Positions 1 through 14,505 of a DNA stretch of 64,000 bases are shown here, piece after piece. A program made the position numbers and the translations under genes. This DNA is from the human T2T-CHM13v2.0 reference genome, Homo sapiens. Each line of letters begins with the position of its first letter. Position 1 is the stretch's first letter. The stretch lies in NCBI RefSeq assembly GCF_009914755.1, contig NC_060926.1; one strand, 5' to 3'. Under the pieces are notes generated by a model that had not been told where the DNA came from, searched no databases, and saw only the letters and a list, made by a program, of their open reading frames with translations.

Positions 1-1819
1 ATATTATAAATTTTACACTTTAAAATAAGATTCTAAATTTCATGTTATGTGTATTTAGTCACAATAAAATAATCTTATAAAATATGGAAGTAATATTTAT
101 TAGCATATATTGCAGTGTAAATTGTGGCTATGCTACAATTTATATAGAAATTATAGGATATATGTACACAGATGGAAAATGACAAAAGTAATTAAAAAAT
201 CAAAATTGTATTATTTAAAGTGGTGAGATCATAGATTTTTTTTCTAATTAGTATTTTTAACATTACTTTACATCAGAACAAGCTTTACCACTTTGAAAAT
301 GTAATTAAAGATACTGGCTGTCTATATAAAAGATCAGGGACCTATCTCAAATTGTTATCCTTATTAGTCCTATCATCTATTCAGATGTATAAATAACTCA
401 GTACATTACATTTATTTTCATAGTGCATATTTCATGCAAGATGGTGCTGCACATAAGCAGATTTACAGATATGAACAAGAAAAAACACTAGATATATTAG
501 TGTTTGTGTGGGTGAGAGACAGAGGTAGTTATTCAATATCCCACTTGAAAAACAAGACAAAAATATTCAGAAAAAAATGCTGCTGATGAAACTGATGAAA
601 ACCTGGGGGCTATTTTTATTTTCTATGGACAGTAATACCTCTTTATAACAGTGCTGAGTACTGACAAGTTCTTAATAAAACCTAGACTTATCTTTTAAGC
701 ACTCAAACTAAAAAGCAAATAAACATTAAAAATATTTTGAAGGGAATCTTTCTGAAATGTATTACACACTTTCCTACTTTTCTAAATGGTTTCCAAAGAA
801 TTTAACCTGACCTTGTCCATTTGACTTAATTTATGGCCCTGCATTGCTAAGCTGGTAGCATGCTTCAGTTTGTGTGATTCTTCTATCTCTTCCTTTGCTA
901 TAAAATCACTTATTTAACAAATGACACAAGTCTGTATCGACAGAACCACCTTCTACTTCCATTTGAATTTCCTATGTTCAATTTTCTCAGATCAGGGAAA
1001 CACTATAACAAGCTTCCTTGAGCTTTGTATATTATGTGATTAATAATGTAAGTCATATGGCTCCTCTGGGGAGTAAAGGGCTTGAGGTTTTTGGAAAGGT
1101 CTTTTGATAGCCTAGAGTTCTTGTTCTAAATTCTGAATGTACAACTGTATTCTGAAAGATCAAGCTTGCAGATGCCTGGCTCTCAGATAAGTGTTGAGTC
1201 ACAGAACTAATGTTATGTTAGAAGCAGAGGGGAACGCCGATGAACAAATTATGTTTTGTTAATGTATGATATTTTTGCTCTTTATATTATGACAGAGGAT
1301 TAAAGAATCATGAGTAGAATGGAATAGAAGAAATAATCCAAAAAGAACACCAGGAATTGGAATATGTTTAAAGAGGCAGAAAATGGTACATAGAATAATG
1401 ACATACAGGAGAGAAAGAGAAAAAAAATTTTTTTTAGATTAGATCTTTTATTATTTAATATGTTTGAGGCTTTGTCCATAGCAGTTGAAATGTGGGTTTT
1501 TCTGAATGTTCAGCAATCCAACTGAAGGAAAGAATTAGGAGATTACATAGGTTCCAAAAAATGAGAGGCAGAGTCTAGAAAATGATATCATCTCTAAATA
1601 AAACTGACACTTAAAATTTTGGTATTCTGAAGCTATTATCAGAGATAACATGGAAAACATGTACAAACTCAAAATATAACAACCTCACTCCCTCTGGCAA
1701 AAATAAACCCCAAAACCAAAACCTCTTCTGCTTCTAAGACTCTGAGTAGGAAGTTGAACTAAGAGGCACACAAGTGTACCCTTTAGTGAAGAGACATGAG
1801 ACAGCATTGATGTAAGAGT

Positions 1820-1955
1820 TAAGAGATCTGGGTTCCCAGAATTACCTTTCTATAACATGTACAAGTCCTGTCCCCTTCTCTAGACCTTTGTAAAATATCA
1901 TTCGTAAAATGAAGAATTGGAATAGAACATTGCTATGCTCCTTTTAGAGCTCAAA
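1820..1955 (+). mobile_element. MIR-family SINE fragment
   Basis: Degenerate MIR core (gagatctgggttcc...gtaaaatgaagaattggaatag); boundaries approximate. Confidence 0.55.
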
Positions 1956-1964
1956 TAGAAAGTC

Positions 1965-2210
1965 ATCATCTTTCACCACTTCTCCCTAACTTTGGAAGAA
2001 GTTGATCAATATCTTCTTCTTGAAGCACTTTTTTTTTTTTACCTCCATGACACATGCTCTCCTTGATTTCCAAAATTTCTTTTCCTTAGCTTTGTCAACA
2101 CTTTCTTTTCTGACAAGCTTCAAATATTAATCAGAGTTCATAAGTTTCATCTCTGAGACCTCTTTTCTTAGATACTCTAAAATCCTAGGTAAACTTATCC
2201 ACTCTCATTT
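1965..2210 (+). mobile_element. L2 LINE fragment (ORF2 region)
   Basis: gttgatca...cttcttgaagcactt...ctccatgacacatgctctcct resembles the L2 RT-region consensus. Confidence 0.55.
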
Positions 2211-2866
2211 TTTGATTTTTTTAAGTTAAAATTCAGCATAATAAAGAAATTACATATAGTATAATTTGTAGTTTTACAAATTAGAGAATAATTATAAAGC
2301 ATATACCTAGGTAAATACCTAGGCAGTAAAACAGTTCTGTGACTCAACACTTATCTGAAAGCCAGACTTCTGGAAGCTCAACCCTTCAGAATATAGTTGT
2401 ACATTCAGAATTTAGAACATGGCCTCTAGGCTATCAAAAAAAACTTTCCAAAATCCTTAGTAAAAACACTGGCAGTAAAAAACATGGTCTATACTCATAA
2501 GCCCCTGAGATTTTGGGGATCATTTGTTTTTGCAGCAAATCTAATACGTCCTCCTCTAAAATTTTTACTTTAAAAACCTATAGGTAAGTTTTATGGCTAT
2601 CTTGAAAATCACATTCTTTATGGCTTTAATGAAACCTATTCTATAATTTACCAGGGATTAATTTTTTGTTATTTTTGAATATTTGAGAAAAGTTAGTTTA
2701 AAAAATCATGCATGAATGATAAATTTTGTTACATAATCTTTGCTTATTCATTATCCTATTATCTGTTAATGTAGTAAATTACATTGATTTTTTTGAATGT
2801 TGAACCAACCATGCATATAAGCTTAACTTGGTCATGATAACTTATTCTGAATTCAGATTATTAATA

Positions 2867-3318
2867 CAGCTGACCCTTCAACAATATGGGTATGAACTGC
2901 CTGGGTCCAATTACATGCAGACTTTTCCCCATATTTTGCCACCCCTGAGACAGCAAGACCAACCACTCCTCTTCCTCCTCCTCCTTGGCCTACTCAATGA
3001 GAAGGTGAAGACCTTTATAATATACTTCCACTTAAGGAATAGTAAATATATTTTCTCTTCCTTATGATATTCTTAATAACATTTTATTTTCCCTAGCTTA
3101 CTTTATTGTAGGAATACAGAATATAATACATTAACATACAAAACATGTGTTGACTATTCCTGTTATCAATAAGGCTTCTAGTCAACAGTAGGCTATTAGC
3201 AATATAGCCTACTGCTATACTGACTCTCAGGTTTTCTGGGAGTCAAAAGTTACAGATGGATTTTGAACTGCATGGGGGTACAGTTCCCCTAACCCCTGCA
3301 TTGCCCAAGGATCAGCTA
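2867..3318 (+). mobile_element. Tigger2a-like TcMar DNA transposon (non-autonomous, complete)
   Basis: TIRs cagctgacccttcaacaa / ttgcccaaggatcagcta, TA on both sides (2865-66, 3319-20), about 450 bp. Confidence 0.85.
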
Positions 3319-3894
3319 TACTTAAGAATTTTGTGTTATAAAAAATCAGTGATGCAAGAATGGCTACATCTCTGTGGCAGCTCTGACACACTTGACATCT
3401 TATTCTGGCACCCAGATGGAAGGATCAATTCCTATCTGGGATGTTACATTGTTTGGCAGAAGAGTGCTGGAAGAAACTTGTGATGCCTTTTAAATCTTCT
3501 GCTTAGATGTATTCAAATGTGTTCATTAAATTCATCCGTACACCATTGGCCCAAACAAGCCCATATATAAGAAGGAAGACAATATTTTCAGGGAATAAAA
3601 TTTATGACAGAATACAAATTTTAAACAATGTAATTTTAAGAGCAAAGGTAAAGAAAAGGATCATAAGCAATACATACAATCTTAGAAGTTCATATACAGT
3701 GCAAGTTTTGGTAATAAATAGGAACAATTTATGTTTTAATTCAAAGGAACAAAAACTCAAGATTTTAGTGTTTTGGAATCAAGATTTGGAGAAGTAGGAT
3801 TTATACTTGGAAGACGCAAATGGAAGAGTATATTTTATTCAAAACAAATATCCAAATATGAAGAAAGGCACATTAGAACTGCATGTTAAGAAAG

Positions 3895-4385
3895 TGTATC
3901 AGATATCTATTGGTGCATAACAAATTACTTGGAAACATAACAGCTTAAAACAACAAACGTTTATTATCTCCCAGATTCTAGGTCAGGAACACGGGAACAG
4001 TTTAGCTGAGTGGATTTGGCTCAGGGTGTCTCATGACGTAATAAAAGTGTTGGCTGAGTTGCAGCTGTCTCACGTTTGACTGGAGGAGGATCCACGACCG
4101 TGCCTCCCTCACGTGGCTGTTGGCTGGCCTCAGAGGATCTGTTCAAGACTCACTCATAGCCGCCTCCACAGGGCTGCCTCATAGCCTGCAGCTGGCTCCT
4201 CCCAAAGCAAGTGGTCCAGGAGAGAATGAGACTGCACTCAAGAAGGAAGCTATGGTGTTTTCACAATCTAATCTCAGAAGTGGCATCCCAGAATTTCTGC
4301 CATACTCTATTCTTTTGAAGCAAAGTATTCAGTCCAGCCTGCAGGCAGGGGGACCATGTGACTACCAGGAGGTGAGGAGCACTAA
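3895..4385 (-). mobile_element. MaLR solo LTR (MLT1E/F-like)
   Basis: Starts tgtatcagatatctattggtgcataacaaattac...gcttaaaacaacaaacgtttattatctc, a typical reverse-complement MLT1 3' end. Confidence 0.75.
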
Positions 4386-4889
4386 GAAGTATATATGTTT
4401 TTATGAAGATCCATAACTCTGTAAATGGATAAGGTAAGATGCTGAATGACAATCAGTTGATAAAGGATGACTCTCACTTTTTGTTTTATAAATGTGTATC
4501 ATTTGAATTTTTTAAATGATGATATTATTCTGTTACTAAAGAACAAAAGTAAATACAAATAATGTAAATTGCCAAAGTGATTTTTAAGGTCTTCCATGAT
4601 GGTGTCTGAATATTCAGGTTTATGTCATTATTAATCTATCACTATAGGGCTTGATAAGAATGTGAAAGACCTGACCTTGGCCCAAGATCCTGACTTTCTA
4701 CGGGACAGTCCTGATGGATTTGTCCTGCAGAGGGATTGTAATAATTCTGAGAAGAATGTAGACTGGGCTACAGGTTAGCTCTGTGGAGTTGAATTAAGGC
4801 TTCCATGACACGGGGGATGCTTCCATTAGGTGAAAACTTGCCAAAAACTTATTCTAATGATGGAGGCTTTTTTCAAACATAGACACTTA

Positions 4890-5478
4890 TAAGAATAATT
4901 TGGGAGTTTTTTGGCTGAAAGTGAAAGAAAAGCCAAATCCAGTTGGGTTTTACAGAAGGGAAATGTGTTGGCTCAAAAAACATTTCAGAGGCTGATGTTC
5001 AGGGGCTGTTTGATTCATAGTTCCACAATATCATCAGGGTTCTGATTCTTTATCTTAATAGGTTTTTCAACTGTGCACTCCTCTGTGTGTTGATTATTCC
5101 TCATGTTTGCAAAAGTGGCAGCATCAAATCTAGAAATTCCAGGGTTAATGTCCTTACATCAGCAAATCCAACAAAAAGAAATAAAGTGTTTTTATACATT
5201 AACAGTAAAAAATATTGTTTGCTCTGACTGGGCTAGGCCATGTGTCTATTTCTGATTGGATCATCGCGTTGAGGTGGTGGTATGTTCAAACTGGCTTTAG
5301 CTCATCAGAGTTCAATCATAAAGCTGATTTAAGAGGTCGATTTAAAGGGGGTGAATTTTATCCCAAACCCAAGTCTGAGATGGTGTAAATGAGTTATGTT
5401 CCAAAATAAATTTAGACTAATATTACCAGCGAATATGAGAACTTGATATTGGGCATCAAATAAAAAAAATTATTACTT
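4890..5478 (-). mobile_element. Old MaLR LTR (MLT1J/K-like)
   Basis: ttggctgaaagtgaaagaaaagccaaatccagttggg...tgattggatca...tattaccag; highly diverged. Confidence 0.55.
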
Positions 5479-5494
5479 TATAGGGACACAGCAA

Positions 5495-6208
5495 TTCTCC
5501 ACACCAATCGGAATGGCTGTTATTAAAATGTCAAAAAATAACAGATGCTGGCTAGGTTGCAGAGAAAAAGGGATGCTTATACACTGTTGGGAGTGTAAAT
5601 TAGTGCATCCACTGTGGAAAACAGTGTGGCAATTCCTCAAAGACCTAAAATCAGAATTACCATTCAACTCAGAAATTTCATTACTGGATATATACTCAAA
5701 GGAATATAAATCATTCTATCATAAACGATTACAATATGTAATGAACAGTATGTTTATTGCAACACTATTCACAATAGCAAACACATGGAATCAACCTAAA
5801 TGTCCATCAATGGCAGCATGGATACAGAAAATGTAGTACATATACACCATGAAATACTATGTAGCCATAAAAAAGAATGAGATCATGTCCTTTGCAGGGA
5901 TATGGATGGAGCTGGAGGCTATTTTCCTTAGCAAACTAACACAGGAACAGAAAACCAGTACCACATGTTCTCACTTATAAGGGGAAACTAAATGATGAGA
6001 ACAATGGAAATACAGAGGGGAACAAGAGACACTGGGGCCTATCAGAGGGTGGCGGGGTGGGAGAAGGGAGAGGATCAGGAAAAATAACTAATGGGTACTA
6101 GGCTTAATACCTGGGTGATGAAGTAATTTGTACAACAAACTCTTGTGACAGAAGTTGAGCTATATAACAAACCTGCACACGTACCTCTGAACTTAAAAGT
6201 TAAAAAAA
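5495..6208 (+). mobile_element. 5'-truncated primate L1 3' end (L1PA13-16/L1PB-like)
   Basis: ORF 5513-5836 is the ORF2p C-terminus (HCWECKLVHPLWKTVW); L1 3' UTR ends in cttaaaagttaaaaaaa. Confidence 0.9.
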
Positions 6209-6514
6209 GAATTTATTTTAAAGGATTGTTTTTGCTTAAATTTTATAACTTGGTAGCCCAATTCAAGCAAAAGTAAATAGAAATATTAACACTTATGTAA
6301 CACTTATGTAAAAATTACATCGGCATTTAGTACTTGAAAGATATAAACTTAGAGGCTTAAAATGTTTGTTTGGCTAGTTCCAAGAGTATTTTTATTTTTC
6401 CTTTTTTAAAAAATTTCTTTAAGGGTTATGACTATTTCTCCAGTTTTTCCAGTTATACCCTTTTCTGTGTGTTGACTATTCTTAGCCTGGCTTCTCTCAT
6501 AGAGGCAAGTATTA

Positions 6515-7475
6515 TAGCAGCACTAATGAACTAAGAAAATATGAGAACAATGTCTCACCAAATAGAGAATATTAATAAAAATATAGGCATTATAAAAATA
6601 GAACTAAAAGGAAATTCTGGATTTAAAAGTATACTGAAATAACCTGATAATTTCACTAGAGGATCTAAGCAGCATATTTGAAGAGGCATAAGGAAGAATC
6701 AGTGAACTTGAAGATAAATCTGTTGAGATTACCTGGTCTGAGGACAGGTTAAAAATGAAGAAACATGAACAGAGCTTAAGAGACCTATAGAACACAATCA
6801 AACATAGCATATTATGCATATTGAGAGTTCTAGAAGAAGAGACAGATTGAGGCCATTTTCAATAATGGATAACAATTAGACATTAGATCGGCAAAGAAGT
6901 AGGTGATTTGAACAATGCTATAAAGAAACTAGACCAAAAAGACACCTATAGAACATTCCATCCAGTAACAATGGAATATACATTTTATTTTTTCTCAATT
7001 ATATTTGGAGCATCCTTCCAAAATACCATGTTAGGTCACAAAACAAACTCAATAAATTTAAAAACACTGAAATAATACAGAGTATATTTTCTAATAACAA
7101 TGGAATAAAATTAGAAGTCAAAAACAGAAGGAAATTTTTAAAATTCAAAAATGTGTGGAAATTAATATACTCTTAACAAATGGGAAAAGAAGAAACCACA
7201 GGGAAATAGATAATACTTTGAGATAAACAAAATAAAAATACAACATGCCCAAACCTATGAGAAGCAACAAAAGCAGTGCTTAGAGGGAAATTTATATCTG
7301 TAAACATCTACATTTAAAAAATAAGGTCTTGTCAGTAACCTAAACTTCCACCTTAAGAAACCTGAAAAAAAGGGAAAATGAAACTCAAAGCAAATAGAAG
7401 GAAAATAACAGTAAAGATTAAATAAATGAAACAGAGATTAGAAAACAATAGAATCAATAAAAACAAACTTGGTTA
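6515..7475 (+). mobile_element. Old L1M fragment (ORF1 piece joined to ORF2 endonuclease/linker region)
   Basis: gaagaatcagtgaacttgaagata (ORF1) then gtgcttagagggaaatttata (ORF2); internal deletion near 6850. Confidence 0.75.
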
Positions 7476-7679
7476 AAATAACATCTTCCTTTTACTTAAA
7501 ATATAAAGACACAGTTTAATTAAAATTAAAATATATGTCATGGAAGTACTAATGATAAGAAAAGTAGAGAGAATATATTAATATCAGGCAAATAGTTTTC
7601 AAGAAAAGGGTTATTATAAGAGAAAGGGGACATTTTCTACTTATAAATCATCAGTTTATTAAGAAGACACAACAACCTT

Positions 7680-7993
7680 TTTTTGTTCATGCAGACTATT
7701 AGAACAAAATCTAATAGACATGGTGGCTTATTTATTTCTCACCTTTCTGGAGGCTGAGAAGTTATCCATGATCACTGGTAGATTTGGTGCCTGGCAAGGA
7801 CCCACTTTCTGGTTCAGAGATGGTGACTTCTCATTGTGTTCACACATGGTAGAAGAGATGAAGCAGCTCTCTGGGGCTTCTTTTATAAAGATACTAATCA
7901 CCTCCCAGGAGCCCCACTTTCTAATACCAGCACCTGGGTGAGCAGGTTTAACCATATGAATTTTGGGAAAACATAATCATTCAGACCATAGCA
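7680..7993 (-). mobile_element. MaLR solo LTR (MLT1A/MLT1A0-like)
   Basis: tttatttctcacctttctggaggctgagaagt ... cattcagaccatagca terminus. Confidence 0.8.
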
Positions 7994-8860
7994 CAGTCCT
8001 AAATAAGAATGAACCAAACAACAATGTTCAAAATATATAAAGCAACAGTTTACAAAACTAAAAAGATAACTAGGCAAATTTATAAATATAAAGATTTTAG
8101 CCATCATTCCATTATTGATACAATAAGTAAACAAACAAAAAAGCAAAATCAAAGTCTAGAGAACATGAACAATTATCAACCAGGTTGGTATCATTAACAT
8201 TCATGGAACACTAAACCTCAACACAGCAGAATATACGTTCTCTTTAAGTGCACATTAAGTAGTTGCTAAGATTGGTCATAAAACAAGTCTCAACAAATCC
8301 AAAGAATTAAAAATTCGAGTTTATAAAAACTTTAAACTTCTTATTCATATTAAAACAAATAGGCAAGCTACATACTGGGAAGAAATATTTGCACCATTTA
8401 TATCTTGCTAAGAACCTGTATCTAGACAATATAATATACTCCTAAAACTCAGTAATAAGAAAAAAGAATCCAATTTTTAAAAAGCAAAAAGTTTGAATAG
8501 ACACTTCTAAAGGATGGACAGTAAACACATGAAAAAGAGCTCACCATCATTAGTAATCAGGGATATACAAATGACATATCCCACGGAGTAGTGTAAAACA
8601 AAAGGACTGAAAAAAAAGAAAAAGAAGAAAGAAAAAAGAAAACAAAAAAAAGACTGACAATCTCAAGCATTGATGAGGATGTGGGGCAATCAGAACTCTC
8701 AAGCAGTGCTAACAGGAATATAAAATGGTATAACCAATTTAAAAATCTCTGGAAATGTCTTATAAAATTAAACTCCTACCGCCACTCTGACCCAACCCTC
8801 CTAATCCCAATTATCCAACAGAAATAATAATTTTTTTAAACGTCTAAAAACACTTGTACA

Positions 8861-9286
<426 letters not shown>

Positions 9287-10689
9287 TTAATAATACAAAA
9301 GGGGCCCGCACAGGTAGGGGTGAGGAATAAGTGACGTGGCAGAGATTGACTTTGTAGGGATTCAAGACAACTTCTAGAGCAACAAATATTCTGTATCTTA
9401 ATAGCTTTGTGGGTTATATGGGTGAGTGCAATTTGTCAAAATTAATATAACTGCACTCTGAAAATCTCTACTTATCACTATAAATAATAAAAAGAGAAAT
9501 CCTTCTTGGAACAAGATAGGTACAAATAAATGTCAACTTATCTTTTTTTGCCTACCTACATATAGTTTTCTCTCACTTTTAAGGTTAAACCAGAGGCAAA
9601 GTTAAAAATTAAAAACTCTTGCTAAGGGAAAATAGTAATATTAAGCAAGTAGACAAATACCTTAGAAATTCAACCATAACATGGTGTTGCTTTTGAGCTC
9701 CTATAGTTTTATACTGCAGTGATGGAAGTTAGAGTTTATTCAATATAGTTCATGTTTCAAAAATGCATGGTTATTGAAGAGACACTTTATCATTCCCTAA
9801 CACCTGCAGAGGTTCATAACCCACTCCATTTGTATCTTTAAAGTTCTTGGTGGATAAGCAGAAATGAGGAATATTTAAAAGTTCTTTGACTTCTCACCTG
9901 CTGACCCTAAGTGTAAGGAGAATCTTTAATCAAGTAAACTGTAATTCTTTGGGGATAATATTTTATATATTTTATGCTAATGTTGAGGTGGTTTCTGATT
10001 CTTTTAAATGAATGCTGACATTCTGAATTGATCTTCAATATTCTATGAGAAATTAATTATTGATAAAACTTTTCTTATTAAAGTCTAAGGTTTTCATTCT
10101 GGCAAGATAATTTCTTGGTGGAGACAGCCGACTGCCTTTCCCATACTGATACCAGGCAGTTACTCTCCCTTTTAAAACTTTCAGTAAAGTGTGAATAAAA
10201 CCACCTTGTTTGATATTTTCAATACAACTGAGATAGCATATATTTTGCAAAAATATTGTATTAATAGTTATCTAATATCAGAGACAAAATATCAGAATAT
10301 AAAATATGAAAATAGGCAATGAAGTCCTATTATTACTAGTTTTTTCCCTACATTTTGTCTTATGGGAAAGAGAGAATTTTTTTTTTCACCAAGTGCCTTG
10401 CAGATTTTTTCTAGCATTCTCTCTGGGTATGTACTTCTCAATCCCTGGTTGACAAATTTGTGAGGATCAGTGATACAGTGAAATCAGAAAAACCTGCTGT
10501 GAATTATGGCTGTGCTATGTTATCACAGACCTAAAAATAAAAGCTAAAATTTTAAGACTTCTAAAAGAAAACATGTGCTAATATCTTTGCAACCTAGGGT
10601 AGGCAAAGATGTATTAGGAGAGTTTTTTTTTTTTTTTTCCTTTTAAAACATAGACATGGAAGACATTTACATTCATCTCCCATTCTGCA

Positions 10690-11255
10690 TATAAACATGA
10701 CTTCTGATACAAGGAATCACTGTTTTGGCTTGGAAATTCAGCTCCTCTCCACTCTTATTCATGTGATTGGCGTGGAGCCCTGCTCACAAGGAGTGGTGGT
10801 GGACATGTGGAACAGATCTAAGCCAATAAAGGTGTCCCATTCCTCTGTCCATCTTGATTTGTTCAGGAATGGGCAGGTGACCTAAACCAAGCCAATCAGA
10901 GTAGATCTCTCTTTACATAGAATTTCCAGAACAGGAGGTATTATGTAAAGACTCTGCCTCTTCTTAATTGGGTTTGACTGGGTTTGCAAGTCCTGTAAGC
11001 TCTGACAGGCATTTTCCAATCATGAGGAAAGAGCCCTTTGATTACAGATGCAGCATAGAGGAAGTGGAGTTAAGAGACAGAATGAATGAAATTAGATATT
11101 GGATGACATTGTTTTAGCCTTTGTTTCCAGCTGGGCCTGATGTCAGATGTAGCCTTGGACTAGTCAGTGGCTGGAAACAATGTATTCCATTTTTTGCTTG
11201 AGGCTACATTGAATTGGATTTTTCTATGCAACTGAAAGTATCTGCACTAATATTA
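10690..11255 (+). mobile_element. Old MaLR LTR (MLT1K/L-like)
   Basis: gggcaggtgacctaaaccaagccaatcagag ... tgcaactgaaagtatctgcactaata. Confidence 0.6.
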
Positions 11256-11394
11256 TCTATGACACAGAATTACTAAGATGTACTCTTGTAAGAATATCTA
11301 GAAATCATTTTGTGATATGGCTATGTAGTAAAATGGGGGAAAGTTAGCATTTTAATCCTTTATCACTTATTGGCTGTGTTATCTTTTATTTTTA

Positions 11395-11618
11395 ATTTAT
11401 CAAGAATTTACTCCCTTTCAGGCACTGTGAGGGTAATTTTAGACATTTTATCAAATTTCTTCCTTCCAACAATCCAATAAAGTAGTTATCTTTAACTCAT
11501 TTCACAAATAAGGGACCCAGGGTTCAGAGAAGTTATACAACATTCCTCTCATAACATAAAAGGTAAATATCACAGGCAGGATTTGAATCCCTGTGTGTAT
11601 TACTCCAAATATGTGCTA
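11395..11618 (-). mobile_element. MIR SINE, apparently inserted within a plus-strand MIR (about 11345-11385 and 11620-11750)
   Basis: catttcacaaataagggacccagggttcagagaagtta...ggatttgaatcc; flanking plus-strand core ttttcatctgtaaa. Confidence 0.65.
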
Positions 11619-11774
11619 TTGGTTATCACTTAATATCTTTCAGTAGTTTTCATCTGTAAATTGCAAACAATAATATTTCCCACTATTAATATATTACAGC
11701 CTTATTGTAGGGCGAAACCATGCAAGTACTTTATAAACTACAAATGACTGTGTCATTTTCGCTATTGTATTATT

Positions 11775-12079
11775 TTACTTTCTAAGATACAAGGTCTCAA
11801 GGTCTCACTCTGTCATCTAGACTGGAGTGCAGTGCCATGATCATGGCTCATTGCCGCCTCAAACTCCTGGCTCAAGCAATCCTCCCACCTCAGCCTTCTG
11901 AGTAGCTGGGACTACAGGTGCATATCCCCATGCCCAGGTAGCTATTTATTTTTTATTTTTTGTAAGATGAGGTCTTGCCACTTTCCCCAGACTGTTCTTG
12001 AGCTCCTGACCTCAAGGAATCCTCCTGCCTTAGCTTCTTAAAGTGTTGGAATTATAGGTGTGAGCCACTGCACCCAGCC
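11775..12079 (-). mobile_element. AluJ
   Basis: gatcatggctca, ggctcaagcaatcctccc diagnostics; heavily CpG-decayed. Confidence 0.9.
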
Positions 12080-12493
12080 ATGTTCACATTTATTAAGCCA
12101 GATTTAAATATAGTGATTAACAAGATTGTTTCCATCCTATATGTGTAGTTCATTGATATTTGAGCCCCAGGAAGATGTCTATAAAAGCCATTGTTAATAT
12201 AAATTTATAATTTTTGACAATTGCTACATTCATTTTTCACTTTTGACCTGCTGACCTATAGATCCTCACCGTATTCCTTTGAAGTAAAGAGCACAAAAGT
12301 TTAACTAGCTTTTTAAAAGCATACTAACTTTCATGGTTCCCATTTCTCATGCAAGGAATCAGGGGAGAGGGAAGGGTGGGAAGAGAGTGGGAGTCAATAC
12401 TTGCAGAGAAAAATACTGGCCATTTTAGTGGAAGGGGAGACCAACCATAAAAGATGGGGAGCTGAAAAAAAATGTGTGATTGAACGAGTAGTC

Positions 12494-12668
12494 TAGCTGT
12501 TCTCAACTCTGACTAGACCATAAAGTTATCTATGGATCTTTTTAAAAAATACATATAACTGGGTTGCACTCTTCATCAATGAAATCAGATTTCATGGCTG
12601 GGGCACATGGTATTTTCTTTAAAGCTCCACAGGTGATTTCAATGTGCAGCTAGGCTTGATGGCCCCTA
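12494..12668. mobile_element. MER5-family hAT-Charlie MITE
   Basis: gttctcaac ... aaagctccacaggtgatttcaatgtgcagc. Confidence 0.65.
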
Positions 12669-12769
12669 GGATAAAGCAGGAAAAAGTGACACTTTTCTTT
12701 ACGTAGTTGTATATATTTTTTACGTGTTTTAATAATTAATTTACCTATTAATAAACTTACTAATGTGCA

Positions 12770-12990
12770 TTTATTCACTCATTCATCCTTTTAAACAGTG
12801 AATCAATTATCCACCTATTCACCCGTTTATTCAGCCACTCATTTATTTGTTCACTTATTCATCCACTTACTTGGCTAGCCAGTGACCTAGTCAACCCATG
12901 CATATTTATTGAGTGCCTAAGCTCTGTGCTTCTAGAGATATAAAAGTGAACATGACAGATGAGGTCATTGCTTCATAAAACTACCAGTTG
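12770..12990 (-). mobile_element. L2 3' end
   Basis: Degenerate (ATTC)n tail followed by atatttattgagtgcct...gagatataaaagtgaac. Confidence 0.7.
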
Positions 12991-14473
12991 GTTATGGCAG
13001 TGTTTCTCAGAGTGAGTGTAACAGTGCTAAGAAACATTACTTCTTTGGCTTATGAAAAGATATTTTGAGAAACATTTGCTTATGGACTAATTCTGAAGTT
13101 ATGGAAACTTTTGCTTTAATGTTATTTGCATGGAATTGTAATATCTCTGTATCACTGACACATTTAAGGATACTGGAAATTCTAATTTAAAATTCGCTGA
13201 AGTGAGATGATGACTGATGGAAATAAATAATGCTGAATTACCACTTCCCTCCCACTTTATACCAAATAAAGTTCACCTTAATATCTTCAGCTGAAAGATA
13301 AAAGAGAATGATTATAAGTAGCTTTGGTTCAATTCTTAGTTCCTTTTCTGTTTGCAGATATTTCTAATCTTCATTAAAAGGCACATTTATATATCTTTTA
13401 ACCCATTCAATTAAAACTTCTCTAACCTCCCACCTCATCAAATTGAGCCAAATCTGGAGTTGATAGGCTCTGTTTTAGCTGCTACTTATTTGTACTGATT
13501 CACTGAGCCTTAATATAGCTCATGTTAACAGAGTCCATGGTTACTGTTTTGAGTGAGAACAGGATATAAGTACTACATGTTCCTGGACATCAATACAAGC
13601 TTGATCTTTCTTAGTTGCTAAATCCCAGAATTGTTAAAGATGTTTTACTCTGAGGGAATAGTGTACATTTTAAAGTGGTTGTCTTTACTTTTTAAAAAAC
13701 TATTTGTCAAATGTCATCACAAATGAACAATGTCCAGATTGTACCAATTTTATACACTCTTAAATTTTTAAAACTTCCCACTTTCATGTGTAATTTCCTG
13801 GAACAGGAGCTTCCCAACTGAGTTGCTAGAAATGTCCTTGATAGGTGCTGTGGCCTTGACAGCTTAAGTTCTTTAGAATTATTTTGGCTTACTTTGCCTT
13901 CATGAAATCTGTAGTTTTTAAATGTAAGTATTTGTTAAATAATTTTCAGTGTAAGCATAATATAAGCACATATTAAGTTTCTTCCAATGGCAAAAAAATC
14001 ATACAAAAAAGTAAAAATCTATCACCTTCATTTTTCCACTACCAATCCCATTCCATAAAAAGTTAACTACTGTTGTTTCTTAAGAACATCTAGAGATTTT
14101 ATATGTAAATAATATTGTAGCCTAGATTCCCCCAAAAAGGTTAAGAAAGAAAGAGATAATTTATCTAACCAGTATCTACCTCCATTTGATCAAAAGTTTA
14201 CACAACAAACTGTAACTCCCCTAAACTTCCCAGTGGAGCATACATGGGTGCTGGGCAGTGACTGTTGGGGAAGCCTCAGGGCAGTACATGCAAAGTGTTT
14301 GGTAGGGATATGAAGTAAAATAATGTCAAATTAAGCCTCATCCTCCATGAAAGCTTTTGCATTTTCCACTGCCCAGTGAGAAATGCAAAAGGTTTCATGA
14401 GGAAAAAGAGTCAAGTGAGTCTAAGAGTCTGAAGTGGTACATAGAGATGTTTAACATATTTTGTGTGTAAAGT

Positions 14474-14500
<27 letters not shown>
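14474..14500. repeat. (TG)13 microsatellite
   Basis: Direct observation. Confidence 0.95.

Positions 14501-14505
<5 letters not shown>

Noticed and set aside
2828-4452. Short ORFs in the first 5 kb
   Set aside because: Overlap Tigger/MLT1 relics or AT-rich DNA; no protein-like composition or exon structure
6288-6311. Short tandem duplications (also at about 583-600, 2303-2323, 11790-11806)
   Set aside because: Ordinary slippage micro-duplications
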